Positions 10,425-21,399 of a DNA stretch of 53,367 nucleotides are shown here, piece by piece. Position 1 is the first letter of the stretch; each line of letters opens with the position of its first letter. The DNA is taken from positions 81,125,646 through 81,179,012 of the forward strand of contig NC_068985.1 of NCBI RefSeq assembly GCF_001194135.2, in the 5' to 3' direction. Under the pieces are notes generated by a model that was not told the origin of the DNA, did no database searches, and saw only the letters and a program-made list of their open reading frames with translations. The DNA is from Octopus bimaculoides. Taxonomy: Eukaryota. The translations under genes were made by a program, and so were the position numbers.

Positions 10425-10823
10425 GTTGTAGTTGTGATACCTGTGCTGGTGGCATGTGAAAAGTACCATCCGAACGTGGCCAAAGCCAGTGCCGCCATTG
10501 ACTGGCTTCCGTGCCAGTGGCACGTAAAAAGCACCAACCGATCGTGGCCATTGCCAGCCCCCTCTGGCCCCTGTGCCAGTGGCACGTAAAAAGCACCAAC
10601 CGATCGTGGCCATTGCCAGCCCCCTCTGGCCCCTGTGCCGGTGGCACGTAAAAAGCACCCACTACACTCATGGAGTGGTTGGTGTTAGGAAGGGCATCCA
10701 GCTGTAGAAATACTGCCAGATCAGACTGGAGCCTGGTGCAGCCTCCTGGCTTCACAAACCCTGGTTGAACTGTCCAACCCATGCTAGCATGGAAAACGGA
10801 CGTTAAACGATGATGATGATGAT
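10425..10823 (+). mobile_element. RTE-LINE 3' UTR/tail with internal 62-bp tandem repeat
   Basis: ggcacgtaaaaagcacccactacactc...ggaagggcatccagctgtagaaa...catgctagcatggaaaacggacgttaaacgatgatgatg. The same tail is joined to RTE ORF sequence at 13265-13675. 62-bp units start at 10511, 10573 and 10635. Confidence 0.8.
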
Positions 10824-12659
10824 GAATTGTTTCTGACATAGACACAATGCAAGAAATTAGGAAGGGGTTCAGGTTGATTACCCAACTCCATTATTTTAAC
10901 TTATACTTACATAAATTTTATTGTAGTGCTCTTCAGCATATCAAAAACTCATTTTCATCCTTTTGAATAATTACTGTAAAACATCATTGTTGTTTCTAGT
11001 ATTTTTAAAGCTATGTTATAACATCAAGGCAGAAACATTTAAATCACTAGAAACAATTTACATAAAAGATTAAATATCAATAGATATTTACATATATATA
11101 TAGAACTAAAGTATATATGGGGCTAAAGTATATTTAGTGTAAACAAAAATAATTGCATGTTTGAATAGCTGTACCTTGCAAATTATATTTTTTTTCTTTT
11201 AACAACAAATAGGTTGCCATTATAAAAATGTCAACCTATTCTGTCTGCTAGTTTGATATTATTCTCGAGAAAAAAATATCCAAATATTTTTACTATACAC
11301 TGTCTTAATTGTTGATCCAAATGAATTAGTTGATTAACTTCACAATCATTAAACCTATTTCCTCTTTTCGTGTCATATCTGTTAACTTTAGGGTGTTCTT
11401 GCATTTCTAATGTTCCAAAGCTATTCTCATTAATTGAGGTTTCAGAATTCTATCTATTTCAATTGCTATGACTTTACAATTTATTTTGGGTATCTTCTCA
11501 CTTTGCCTCATTGTGACTATATTTCAATGCCTATCTGTACGAATTTAAAATAAAGGCCTCTGGCTATTAGAAGTGATATTGCTGGCTTCTCTTCCTTTCA
11601 AGACAGAATGTAAACTGAAAGAAAGACAGAGAAAAAGAAAAGCGATAACTTTATAGTTGCATCGGACTGATGTTTTACCATGACATGTCAAATTACAAAG
11701 CCTGTCTTCTGTCCTGTAAATCTATTTTAAATATTACAAACTTTGATAGTCAATAGTAATAACCAACCACTAGAATACATTCACTTACATATCTTCGTGT
11801 TACATCAAACTGTGAATTTTACAAGATAGAAGTAAAACTGTTTTTGAAATACTATGATTTCTCTTTTTCTCTTTATTTTTATATCAGATGATGCTTTCAT
11901 TTAATACTTTTATTACCTCTTCAATATGACTTATGATCAGTTATTTATACATGTTATGCAATTTCCTCTTTAACTTTGTAACATCTCAATTTATCCTTTG
12001 TTAATCGCTTGAAGATTAAATATAATCATTAAACAGTGGTTTTAATATTTTGAAATTTGGGTTCATTCATAATAGAAGGCAAAATATAAAAGTGATTAAG
12101 TAGGAAAAAAATGTTGTTGAATGGAAATATTAATGAAAGGTGCTTAAATTTATGACATTTGCTTCTGCAAGGGAATTTTTATACTTGTTAATGAGAACCT
12201 AAAGTGTAAGAAAAAAGATAAATTGTCTTTGTAAATTTGGTGATATTTCCTCTAAATATTTCATCAATAAGTATTATTATGAAATTTAAATTGAGATGTA
12301 ATCAATCTATTTATCAAAATACATCATGAAAATTATATTCCTCAGTTGCCTATGTTTCTATTGGAAAAAGAAATATGAAAGAAAGAAAATGGGTGGAAAA
12401 AATAAAATGTAAAATCTCTAAAGTAAAATACAAAAACAAAACTATAGGAAAACATAAATAACTTGAAATATGTATACAAAGTTTGAAAAGGGTAAGAAAA
12501 TGAGAGAGGAAGCTGTTTTATCTGTGTTCTGCAATAACTGCCTGCTGTTTGAGGGCCACATCTGTTAAAATGTCATTATTATAATTAATGTTGCTTCTAG
12601 CTAGAATGGTAATTTTCACAAAGCTGATGCCTTTCTTTTCATTTTACTGTGCGGTTTAG

Positions 12660-12741
12660 TGACAGCGCCAGTTATTTACGCTGTTGTTTGAGACAAAGTG
12701 ACATTGCTTGCAGCATATGCACAGCTTATGAAAACACTTTT
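12660..12741 (+). other. Candidate exon (82 nt) in unique sequence
   Basis: Pyrimidine tract plus TAG acceptor before 12660 and GTAAGT donor at 12742; relatively CpG-rich; no recognisable protein. Confidence 0.25.
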
Positions 12742-13264
12742 GTAAGTAAACTCTTGATGAACACTTGTTGTCAATTCGTTATTGAACAACATTCCTTTAC
12801 ATTTTGTCATCTATTGATCAGTGGCATTTCATTCTCAACATGCACTAAACTTGTGTGCTGCCTTCTTTTTCTCCATTTTTCTCCATCTTCTTCTTAAATA
12901 TCTTCCCTGAAATTTATTTTTCCAGTTCTCTCTCTCTGATTCTCTCTCTCTGATTCTCTCTCTCTCTCTTGGATGTCAACAGCAAGTTTTCATTCTTTTG
13001 AACTCTTCTGGCATAAACAATCAAGGGTTTCTTCCTTGCAAAAATGTCTTCTCTAAGACAACATCTTGCTGAAAACATGTCACAGGTGATATGTTGAACA
13101 TGGAAGGTTTACCCATGACTTAAGATTTAAAACAAGCAAACTAACAACTTCTCTCTTACTCCCTCAATCATTTACATATGTATTACTGAATAGATAGTCA
13201 TCAGTTGAAAACTAGATTTTTTTTTTCTTCCTTTCTTTATATGTACCTCTCTATATAAAGTAAT

Positions 13265-13675
13265 CAATTTTTTTAAATTATGGAAATGTGGAAGAGAGAG
13301 ACTTAGGAAGACATGGGATGAAGTATTGAAGGCTGATCTTAAAATACTGAACCTTACAAAAGAGATGACAGAAAACTGAGATATGTGGTGCATTGCTGTC
13401 CGACACAGCAGAATTAAGACCCTAAAACCAAGGTATCACACAAAAGCATTGGTGTGGGTGCTGGTGCCACATAAAAAGCACTGGTGCTGGCACCACTTAA
13501 AAAGCACCGGTGATGGTGCCACATAAAGGGCACCCAGTACATTGAGAATGGTTGGCATTAGGAAGGGCATTGTGCCATAGAAATCAAGCAAAACAGACTA
13601 TGGGACCTGGTGCAGCCCTTGGCTTTACAGTCCAGCCCATGCTAGCATGGAAAACAGGTGTTAAATGATGATGAA
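13265..13675 (+). mobile_element. RTE-clade LINE 3' end (ORF C-terminus + 3' UTR)
   Basis: Reads G..LRKTWDEVLKADLKILNLTKEMTEN*DMWCIAV, typical of the RTE C-terminus GRPRKTW...DR..W, followed by the ggcacataaaaagcac repeats and the gatgatga tail. Confidence 0.8.
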
Positions 13676-14111
13676 TGTTAAATTAAGCATAAGAAACTAG
13701 TTTTCTTTCATTTTTATTGATTTTTATTGTGAGAAATAATGATATATATTTTGTAATAGAAAAATGTAATGAGTGCTATTTAAATATATCTAACATGATT
13801 GCAATGAAGGAATGGGCTAAAGGAGTAAAAATGATGACTTTTTAAAATTAACATTTTGAAAGGTTTCTTTCTATTTTGTATTTTTTTACATTCTAATATT
13901 GCCTGTTAATATATATATATATATAGTGCTTCTTTTGTGTCTATATTCTTTTCTCATCCTTTTCATCATAATTTACTTCATAATCATATTTCAATTGCTG
14001 TATCTAATGACGTTATACAATAGGATGTCTCCTATCACTAAAAGACCTGTTTAAGCTTGTTTCTATATCTCATAATCATTTTACATTAGTTTTCTATACT
14101 GGCTGGATAGA

Positions 14112-14145
<34 letters not shown>

Positions 14146-14224
14146 ATGTAGATAAATGGATGATATACCTTACTCAATAAAACTTATTTAAAGTATGTTT
14201 ATTGCTAGTTGAAAACTATATATT

Positions 14225-14480
14225 ATCATCATGATTATCATCCTTTAACGTCTGTTTTCCATGCTGGCATGAGTTGGATGGTTTGATCAGTGCTGGTAAG
14301 CTGAGGAGCTGCACCAGTTTCCAGCCTGAATTGGCTTGGTTTCTATGGTTGAATGCCCTTGGGTGCTTTTATGGTTGAATGTCACTTGGGTGCTTTTAAT
14401 GTGCCACTGGTATGAGTGCTGGCATGATTGCCTTTTATGTGGCACTGGCACAAGACTCTTGAGGCCAGTCCTCTTCAACT
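14225..14480 (-). mobile_element. RTE 3' tail copy
   Basis: rc of the tail (catcctttaacgtctgttttccatgctggcatgagttggatgg; gtgcttttaatgtgcc). Confidence 0.75.
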
Positions 14481-14781
14481 GGGGATGCAGCCTTAATACT
14501 TTTTCTGTGGAGGACAACATATATATGCGTGTGTGTGTGTGAGTGTGTGTGTGTGAGTGTGTGTGTGTGTGAGTGTGNNNNNNNNNNNNNNNNNNNNNNN
14601 NNNNNNNNNNNNNNNNNNNNNNNNNNNNNNNNNNNNNNNNNNNNNNNNNNNNNNNNNNNNNNNNNNNNNNNNNNNNNNNNNNNNNNNNNNNNNNNNNTGT
14701 GTGTGTGTGTGAGTGTGTGTGTGTGAGTGTGTGTGTGTGTGTATGTATAGTTAGTATATTTTATATATGTGTGTATACATA

Positions 14782-14816
<35 letters not shown>

Positions 14817-14871
14817 TATATGTATATATATGTGTGTGTGTGTATATATGTATATTATATATATATTAATA

Positions 14872-15110
14872 TGAAGGCACATGGCTTAGTGGTTAGGGTG
14901 TTGCACTCATGATTGCAAGATCATAGTTTCATGGCTTTAATTCTCAGACTGGCTGCTGTGTTGTGTTCTTGACCAATATTTTTCATCTCATGTTGCCTTG
15001 TAATCACTTCAGCATCTAATGTGTGGCACACCATGCACCCATACAAGCAATACCCACTGATGGGGAGAGAGAGAGGGAGAGTGGGCTAATGAGCAGCAAC
15101 AACATTTGAT
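14872..15110 (+). mobile_element. tRNA-derived CORE-like SINE
   Basis: gaaggcacatggcttagtggttagggtgttgcactcatgat head, then tgtgttgtgttcttgacc. Confidence 0.7.
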
Positions 15111-15159
15111 CATTTTAAACAATTACAGAACTCTCTTTCTTAGATGCAAGAGACTACCA

Positions 15160-15204
<45 letters not shown>

Positions 15205-15207
<3 letters not shown>

Positions 15208-15347
15208 TCTTCATCTAGGTTATCCCACAGGACACCCCATATATATATAACTTTTATTATATTTCCATTCCATAAACTTTACAACCGGAATGAAATTGAA
15301 AGAAAATGCAAAGAAAAGGACTTTATTAAGAAATTCAAACCCACTCT
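15205..15347 (+). mobile_element. Penelope-like GIY-YIG endonuclease C-terminal fragment running into a gap
   Basis: Reads IIFPFHKLYNRNEIERKCKEKDFIKKFKPTL, resembling the end of PLE GIY-YIG domains (R..KE..FI..LKP.LN). Confidence 0.5.
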
Positions 15348-16525
15348 NNNNNNNNNNNNNNNNNNNNNNNNNNNNNNNNNNNNNNNNNNNNNNNNNNNNN
15401 NNNNNNNNNNNNNNNNNNNNNNNNNNNNNNNNNNNNNNNNNNNNNNNNNNNNNNNNNNNNNNNNNNNNNNNNNNNNNNNNNNNNNNNNNNNNNNNNNNNN
15501 NNNNNNNNNNNNNNNNNNNNNNNNNNNNNNNNNNNNNNNNNNNNNNNNNNNNNNNNNNNNNNNNNNNNNNNNNNNNNNNNNNNNNNNNNNNNNNNNNNNN
15601 NNNNNNNNNNNNNNNNNNNNNNNNNNNNNNNNNNNNNNNNNNNNNNNNNNNNNNNNNNNNNNNNNNNNNNNNNNNNNNNNNNNNNNNNNNNNNNNNNNNN
15701 NNNNNNNNNNNNNNNNNNNNNNNNNNNNNNNNNNNNNNNNNNNNNNNNNNNNNNNNNNNNNNNNNNNNNNNNNNNNNNNNNNNNNNNNNNNNNNNNNNNN
15801 NNNNNNNNNNNNNNNNNNNNNNNNNNNNNNNNNNNNNNNNNNNNNNNNNNNNNNNNNNNNNNNNNNNNNNNNNNNNNNNNNNNNNNNNNNNNNNNNNNNN
15901 NNNNNNNNNNNNNNNNNNNNNNNNNNNNNNNNNNNNNNNNNNNNNNNNNNNNNNNNNNNNNNNNNNNNNNNNNNNNNNNNNNNNNNNNNNNNNNNNNNNN
16001 NNNNNNNNNNNNATATATATATATATATATATATAAAAATTTTTTTATACAATTCCCAGTAATATTTGATTATAAAGATACACTAGAATTTTTTAAAATA
16101 TACATTGAATGACTATGGAAGTCCAGTAGAGTAAGATACGAATCAAAGGAATCCATAAAGGGGTTGAGAACAACTGTTCTAAGCCAAGAGACAGACACAA
16201 AGAGAGAAATGTAAGATAGTAAGACTAAAGAGCAAGGACGACAAGGTAAAGAAAAAGAATGTTCAACATCTTACAAATGTACCATTGCCATCATAATCAT
16301 TATCCTCCATTTTCCTGTCTATGCTTCTCTCTTCATGTGTGTGTGTGTGTGCATGTGTGTGTGTTAGAGAGAGAGAGGGGAGTGTGAAGAGAGAGAGAGA
16401 GAGAGAGAAATTGGTTGACAGTACCAATCCAGGTTGTTGTAAGCAATAAATCTTCCCTGTGATGTAAATAATATATATAGATTAGTGGATGTTCTTGAAT
16501 ATAAAGGTAGATGTACAATTCACAT

Positions 16526-16589
<64 letters not shown>

Positions 16590-16659
16590 TGTGTGTGTGT
16601 GTGTGTATGAAGTTATTTGTAAGTATTAACAAAAATATATGATCCACTAAAACTTGCAG

Positions 16660-16980
16660 TATAGCTGGGTTGTAGATGGCTACAATGGAAACATCAAAAA
16701 GTTTGTGACTTTGGAATGTTGCCGAATGAGAATAAAAATCTGTGAATGGGTGTATAAACTCAGGAGATTCAATGACCTGTCCATCAAACTGTGTATATAT
16801 GTATGAAAACTTGAGAATAGTGAAGAAGTTAGTAAAATAACTTTGTTGTTATTAAACAGGTACTTGGAACATAGATTAGCATGAATATTTGATGGAAGTT
16901 TTTAATTTCGATCAGTTTCAAACTGGTAGCTTGTATAGTAAAACCATTTATGATCTCAGGTTGGTTAGTATCAAAAGGGA
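16660..16980 (-). repeat. Interspersed repeat of unknown class; related copy at about 37400-37680 on the opposite strand
   Basis: The rc aaaacttccatcaaatattcatgctaatctatgttccaagtacc...ttattttactaacttcttca aligns with 37535-37620 (aatcttccatcaaaattttacatttatttatgtttcaaacact...ttattttactaaattcttca). Confidence 0.6.
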
Positions 16981-17426
16981 TAAAAAGTAGCCCTTTTCTC
17001 ACATAGTGTTTGTCACTTTAGAATTTAATCTGTTGGTACTCTTTTGCATTCCAATTTCTTTGCACTGCAAGAAAGATTCAGTTTTCTTGGCTCCACAAGT
17101 AGATGTTGGAGCTCTTGTTGTGGTCACTGTGTTAAATCCAAGTGCAACAATGAGATAATTTTCTAGTTTCCTTACTTGTGAGAGCGCATGGAAAGGATAA
17201 TATAGTAAAGACTGGTTGCAACCATCTCGTAGTTGTACAAATGATGGTAAACTCCATTGAAGTGACATTAGTGTTTGTGAGTTGGTGTCTTACCATACTG
17301 GATAAGCCTACCTTCGCCATGACATTGAGGCACAAAATCTTAAAATCGAACTGAGTAAGATTTGAAAATTTAATATATAGTTGAAAAGTTTCTTTAGAAG
17401 AAAAGAAAAACAAAAAAAATAACATT

Positions 17427-17854
17427 ACCTCATTAGCATTCAGATTACTCTATCAAATGTAATCCTCATTCATTTATATTATTTTGAATTAATCTTGCAT
17501 TATCTTGTAACTTCAAGATTTCAATGATCTGATTGTATAGTTTTAGAATGACACGGTAGGGTTTGTGTAAGAAGTCAGATCTGGTCAGGTTGAACATAGA
17601 ACAGATATTTGAGCTAGAAATGACCTGTTTAACCCTTTAGAGTATTCAGATTACACTGTCAAATGTAATGCTTATTTATTCATATTGTTTTGAATTAATC
17701 ATGCATTATCTTGTAACTATGCAATTTTGATGAGGAAACTGTTTATTATTAGAATGATATTGTAGGCTACGTGTGACAGGCCAGATCTTGCCAGTCTAAA
17801 CATATAACAGGTAAAATATTTGGGCTGGATATGGCTAGTTTAAATGCTAAAGGG
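17427..17854. mobile_element. piggyBac-type MITE (17633-17854) preceded by a diverged partial copy (about 17427-17632)
   Basis: TTAA|CCCTTTAG (17629-17640) ... CTAAAGGG|TTAA (17847-17858). The upstream unit shares ttagcattcagattac..tcaaatgtaat..ttttgaattaatc..gcattatcttgtaact. Confidence 0.85.
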
Positions 17855-17941
17855 TTAAATATCATGTGATAACAAAAAGTTCAAATTTATTGAAAAGTAA
17901 TGAAGTATTTATTGAAAAATAATGATTGTTGCGACTTCAAC

Positions 17942-18058
17942 ATGGCTGCTCCATATGGAACAATGTTACTACTCTTTTTTTTTACCCCAGGAGGACACCT
18001 CATCCAGCTGGTTAATGACACAAAGCCTGTGTCCGATATATTGCAAGCAAGGGAGTGA
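17942..18058 (+). CDS. Candidate first coding exon or small ORF: MAAPYGTMLLLFFFTPGGHLIQLVNDTKPVSDILQARE
   Basis: CAACATGGCTGC start context (YY1-like ATGGC); short hydrophobic N-terminal stretch; unique sequence. An alternative reading is an acceptor at TTTTTTTTTACCCCAG (ends 17990). No clear strong donor. Confidence 0.25.
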   Translation: MAAPYGTMLLLFFFTPGGHLIQLVNDTKPVSDILQARE

Positions 18059-18394
18059 ACCTTTCCCATCCAGCGTGTGTATACAAATATATATGCGCAT
18101 TCACTGAGCTTACATTATGAATATATTTTACTAATAGTTAGTAAATCTGAATGTAATTCTGCGTCTGTTTACTTTACATTCTATTAACTTCTTATTCAAC
18201 CATTCACTTCATCACTAGCTTGCATGTAACCCATATGAACATAACTTTTGGCCTAAAACTACAAATATTAAGTTTAATTATCAGTTTATTAAATTAACTA
18301 TAGAAGCTTTATATAATCATAATCCAGTATCTGGCACTGACTAATGAACTCTTATTTATTTATTCATTTATTTATTTCCCAATGTATATATTTT

Positions 18395-19251
18395 TTTTTG
18401 CTTCAATCATTTCACTGTCCCATACTGGAAAGGGATGTGCTCCACCAGGCTTTCATGGCTGCAATGCCCCAACAATCCCCAAGAAGTTAAGGGACTTGTC
18501 AGTTGTCAATACTGGAGCACCACCTTGAAGGGTTTTAGTTGAACAATTCAACTCCATGATTTATATTTTAAAGCCTGGTACTTATTCTATCACTCTGTTT
18601 AGCCAAACCCCTAAGTTACAGGGATGTAAACACACCAACACTAGTTGTTAAGTGGTGGCAGGGGACAAACACAGACATATACATACATATATATGTATAT
18701 GACTGTGGAGGCACAATGGCCCAGTGGTTAGGGCAGCGGACTCGCGGTCATAGGATCACGGTTTCGATTCCCAGACCGGGCGTTGTGAGTGTTTATTGAG
18801 TGAAAATCACCTAAAGCCCCACGAGGCTCTGGCAGGGGATGGTAGCGAAACCTGCTGTTCTCTTTCACCACAACTTCCTCTCACTCTTACTTCCTGTTTC
18901 TTTTGTGCCTGTAATTCAAAGGGTCAGCCTTGTCACACTGTGTCACGCTGAATATCCCCGAGAACTACAGTAAGGGTACACGTGTCTGTGGAGTGCTCAG
19001 CCACTTGCACGTTAATTTCATGAGTAGACTGTTCCGTTGATCAGATCAACTGGAACCCTCGACGTTGTAAGCGATCGAGTGCCAACATACATGTATATGA
19101 CTAGCTTCTTTCAGTTTCCGTCTACCAAATCCACTCATGAAGCTTTGGTCAGGCTAAGGCTATAGTAGAAGACACTTGCCCAAGATGCTATGCAATGGGA
19201 CTGATCCAAAAACCATGTGGTTGGGAAGCAAGCTTCTTACCACACAGCCAC
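18395..19251 (-). mobile_element. Composite SINE (family B head, microsatellite linker, family C tail) hosting two insertions
   Basis: rc head at 19103-19251; tail at 18395-18680 (ctggagcaccacc, gtacttattctatc, gatgtaaacacacc). Confidence 0.8.
18707..19090 (+). mobile_element. Young tRNA-derived SINE (same family as 5337-5719), nested
   Basis: Near-identical to 5337-5719; 12-bp duplication ATGTATATGACT at 18693-18704 and 19091-19102. Confidence 0.9.
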
Positions 19252-19492
19252 ATATTTCTTGATAAGTTTTTTAACAAATATATTTCGACAAAACACACAT
19301 ATGGAACTTATATAATGTTTTATGTTATCAATAAGTAGTAGACATGTGCATGCATGTACATGCTACTTGGTCATCACTTTGTTATTTATTGTTTTAGTCC
19401 CAACTTAATTTTATGCATCCTACATGAAATGAATTTGGTACTTGAAACTACATAAGAACGTCAAGTTTAGCCCATGTTTATTATTTCTTCAG

Positions 19493-19543
19493 TTATGTTA
19501 TTTAGTATATTTTACTTATATGTAGACTTACATGCAGAGATAG
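19493..19543 (+). CDS. Candidate 51-nt exon (phase 1 to 1), MLFSIFYLYVDLHAEI
   Basis: Acceptor tttattatttcttcAG and donor AG|GTGAGT; only one frame open. Confidence 0.3.
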
Positions 19544-19724
19544 GTGAGTGAAGACATACTGAGTCATATGAACTTGTAGGTAAACTATGTGTGCGTGTGT
19601 GTGTGTGTGTGTGCGTGTGTGTGTGTGTGCATGCGCATGTGTGTATGTGTGTGTGTGTGCATGTGTGTGTGTGTGCGTGTGCGTGTGTTTGCGTGTGTGT
19701 GCGTGTGTGTGCGTNNNNNNNNNN

Positions 19725-19757
<33 letters not shown>

Positions 19758-21108
19758 TGCAATATTTGATATTTTTTGTATTTTTTTCTCTGGATCATAA
19801 TGTATTTATGGTATATTGTTTGTGGAGATAAGTGTATGAAATTTTTTTTTTTATTTATGAGTATACTTACATATTTCTACATTTATTTATGTACTGATAT
19901 ATGCAACCTCCCCCCCATGCACACGCACACACACACACTCATTAATGCATGCATGCACACACACACATGCAGGCATGCACACACACACACACACACACAC
20001 ATGCAGGCATGCACACATATAATATGCCTGCATACATGCATACATACATGCATACATACATAGCAATATATCCCAGCAGACATGTATTGCTATGTTACAT
20101 ACTCTTCTTAACAACTTAATTTCCAATCCATTATCCATACATTTTAAAATTATGTTATCTATCTAATATGCCTTTCATCTCTCTCTTAGTATAAGAAGTA
20201 ATGAGGTGGATTAATTAATCTAAAGATGGATATGTTTGTTTTTCCCTTTTCATTTTCCTTATCCTTTAACTATTAATTTTTTTTAAGTGATCTAAACTTA
20301 ATTTTATGTATGAATATTAATTACTCTGCTTTATACATAGATAGAATCCACAGTTCTGGAAGTATTGATTGACTGCAGCAAGAGAATGTTCCTATTATCA
20401 CTCCCCACAAAAGAATATTAATGCCTGGAGGCCTATACTTTAAGTTTATCTTCATCCTTCACCTAAGATATTAAGCTATAGAATTTCATAGTTTCTTATT
20501 TTATCACCCAATAATAATATTGTTGCTTGAAATATTACTGAATAAGTACACTGCTATGATTAAGAAATAAATTTTGCTGCTACTTGAATACATATTTTTA
20601 ATAAATTAAAATGTATTTAACTTTTACTTATTGATAGTTAAAAAACAATAGCATATTAGTTTTCAACTCTCTATTTTGAATACAGAATACTTCTTTTAAA
20701 AGTATCTCTAGATATATCCAGAACTTTTGTTTATAATACATAATAACGATGGGTCTGTTTGTTATCTCTTTAGTTCAGTGTACTTCAAATCGTATTAGTT
20801 AAAATTTTATGAACAACTTTGAACAACTGCAACAAAGTTTCCAATCCAAGAGCAACATTCTTCCAATTCTTTCTCTTGTTTTTCTTCTACTACTTGTTCT
20901 TCAGTTCCTTCTCTTTCCTTCTCCTTTTCCTACTGACTATATTTCCTTCTCCTTTTCTCTACTGACCAAGTTCATTCCTCTATGTTTTTGCCCCACTTTA
21001 TCAGTAGAACTGTGAAAATTTACAAGTTTGCAACCCCTAAGATATTTAACTCAATAAAATGTACTCGACTTTTCAAATGTAATTAGCTTGCTTTTGAACT
21101 GTGAGGCA

Positions 21109-21192
<84 letters not shown>
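21109..21192. repeat. (TAA)n microsatellite
   Basis: Directly visible. Confidence 0.95.
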
Positions 21193-21399
21193 CTTAATTG
21201 ACTTACTTGATCAGCCAACCTCTGTTCATTTCCATCCTTCAACTCATCTTAATTGTAACATTTTCTTCAGAGATTTACTAATGTTTTTCTATAGCCTCTT
21301 TCTGTAGCCCATTCTTGATGTAACATACAAACAATTTATTGTCCTTTTTCAACCATACTATACTCTTTTGCCATTGCTGGTCAGCAGTAGTTTGGTTAT

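Noticed and set aside
10511-10660. Regular direct repeats that might suggest a CRISPR array
   Set aside because: The units are contiguous identical 62-mers without unique spacers, in eukaryotic retroelement context, with no cas genes.
10219-10845. 208-aa minus-strand ORF with internal repeats
   Set aside because: Antisense reading of an RTE 3' tail with its 62-bp tandem units plus a SINE; no protein family signal.
11860-12510. Very AT-rich stretches (also 4400-5100, 26450-27100, 35400-35960)
   Set aside because: Low-complexity intronic or intergenic DNA with no periodicity, ORF or terminal repeats that I could detect.
15106-16062. Longest ORFs in the track (318, 257, 255, 259, 209 aa, etc.)
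   Set aside because: They run through N gaps (X residues) and dinucleotide repeats; not real coding sequence.
20372-20475. Peptide QQENVPIITPHKRILMPGGLYFKF resembling ABCD-transporter ENVPIITP
   Set aside because: The frame stops before any Walker A motif, there is no convincing donor, and no other ABC-transporter segments appear in the window. A short match is expected by chance given the many frames scanned.
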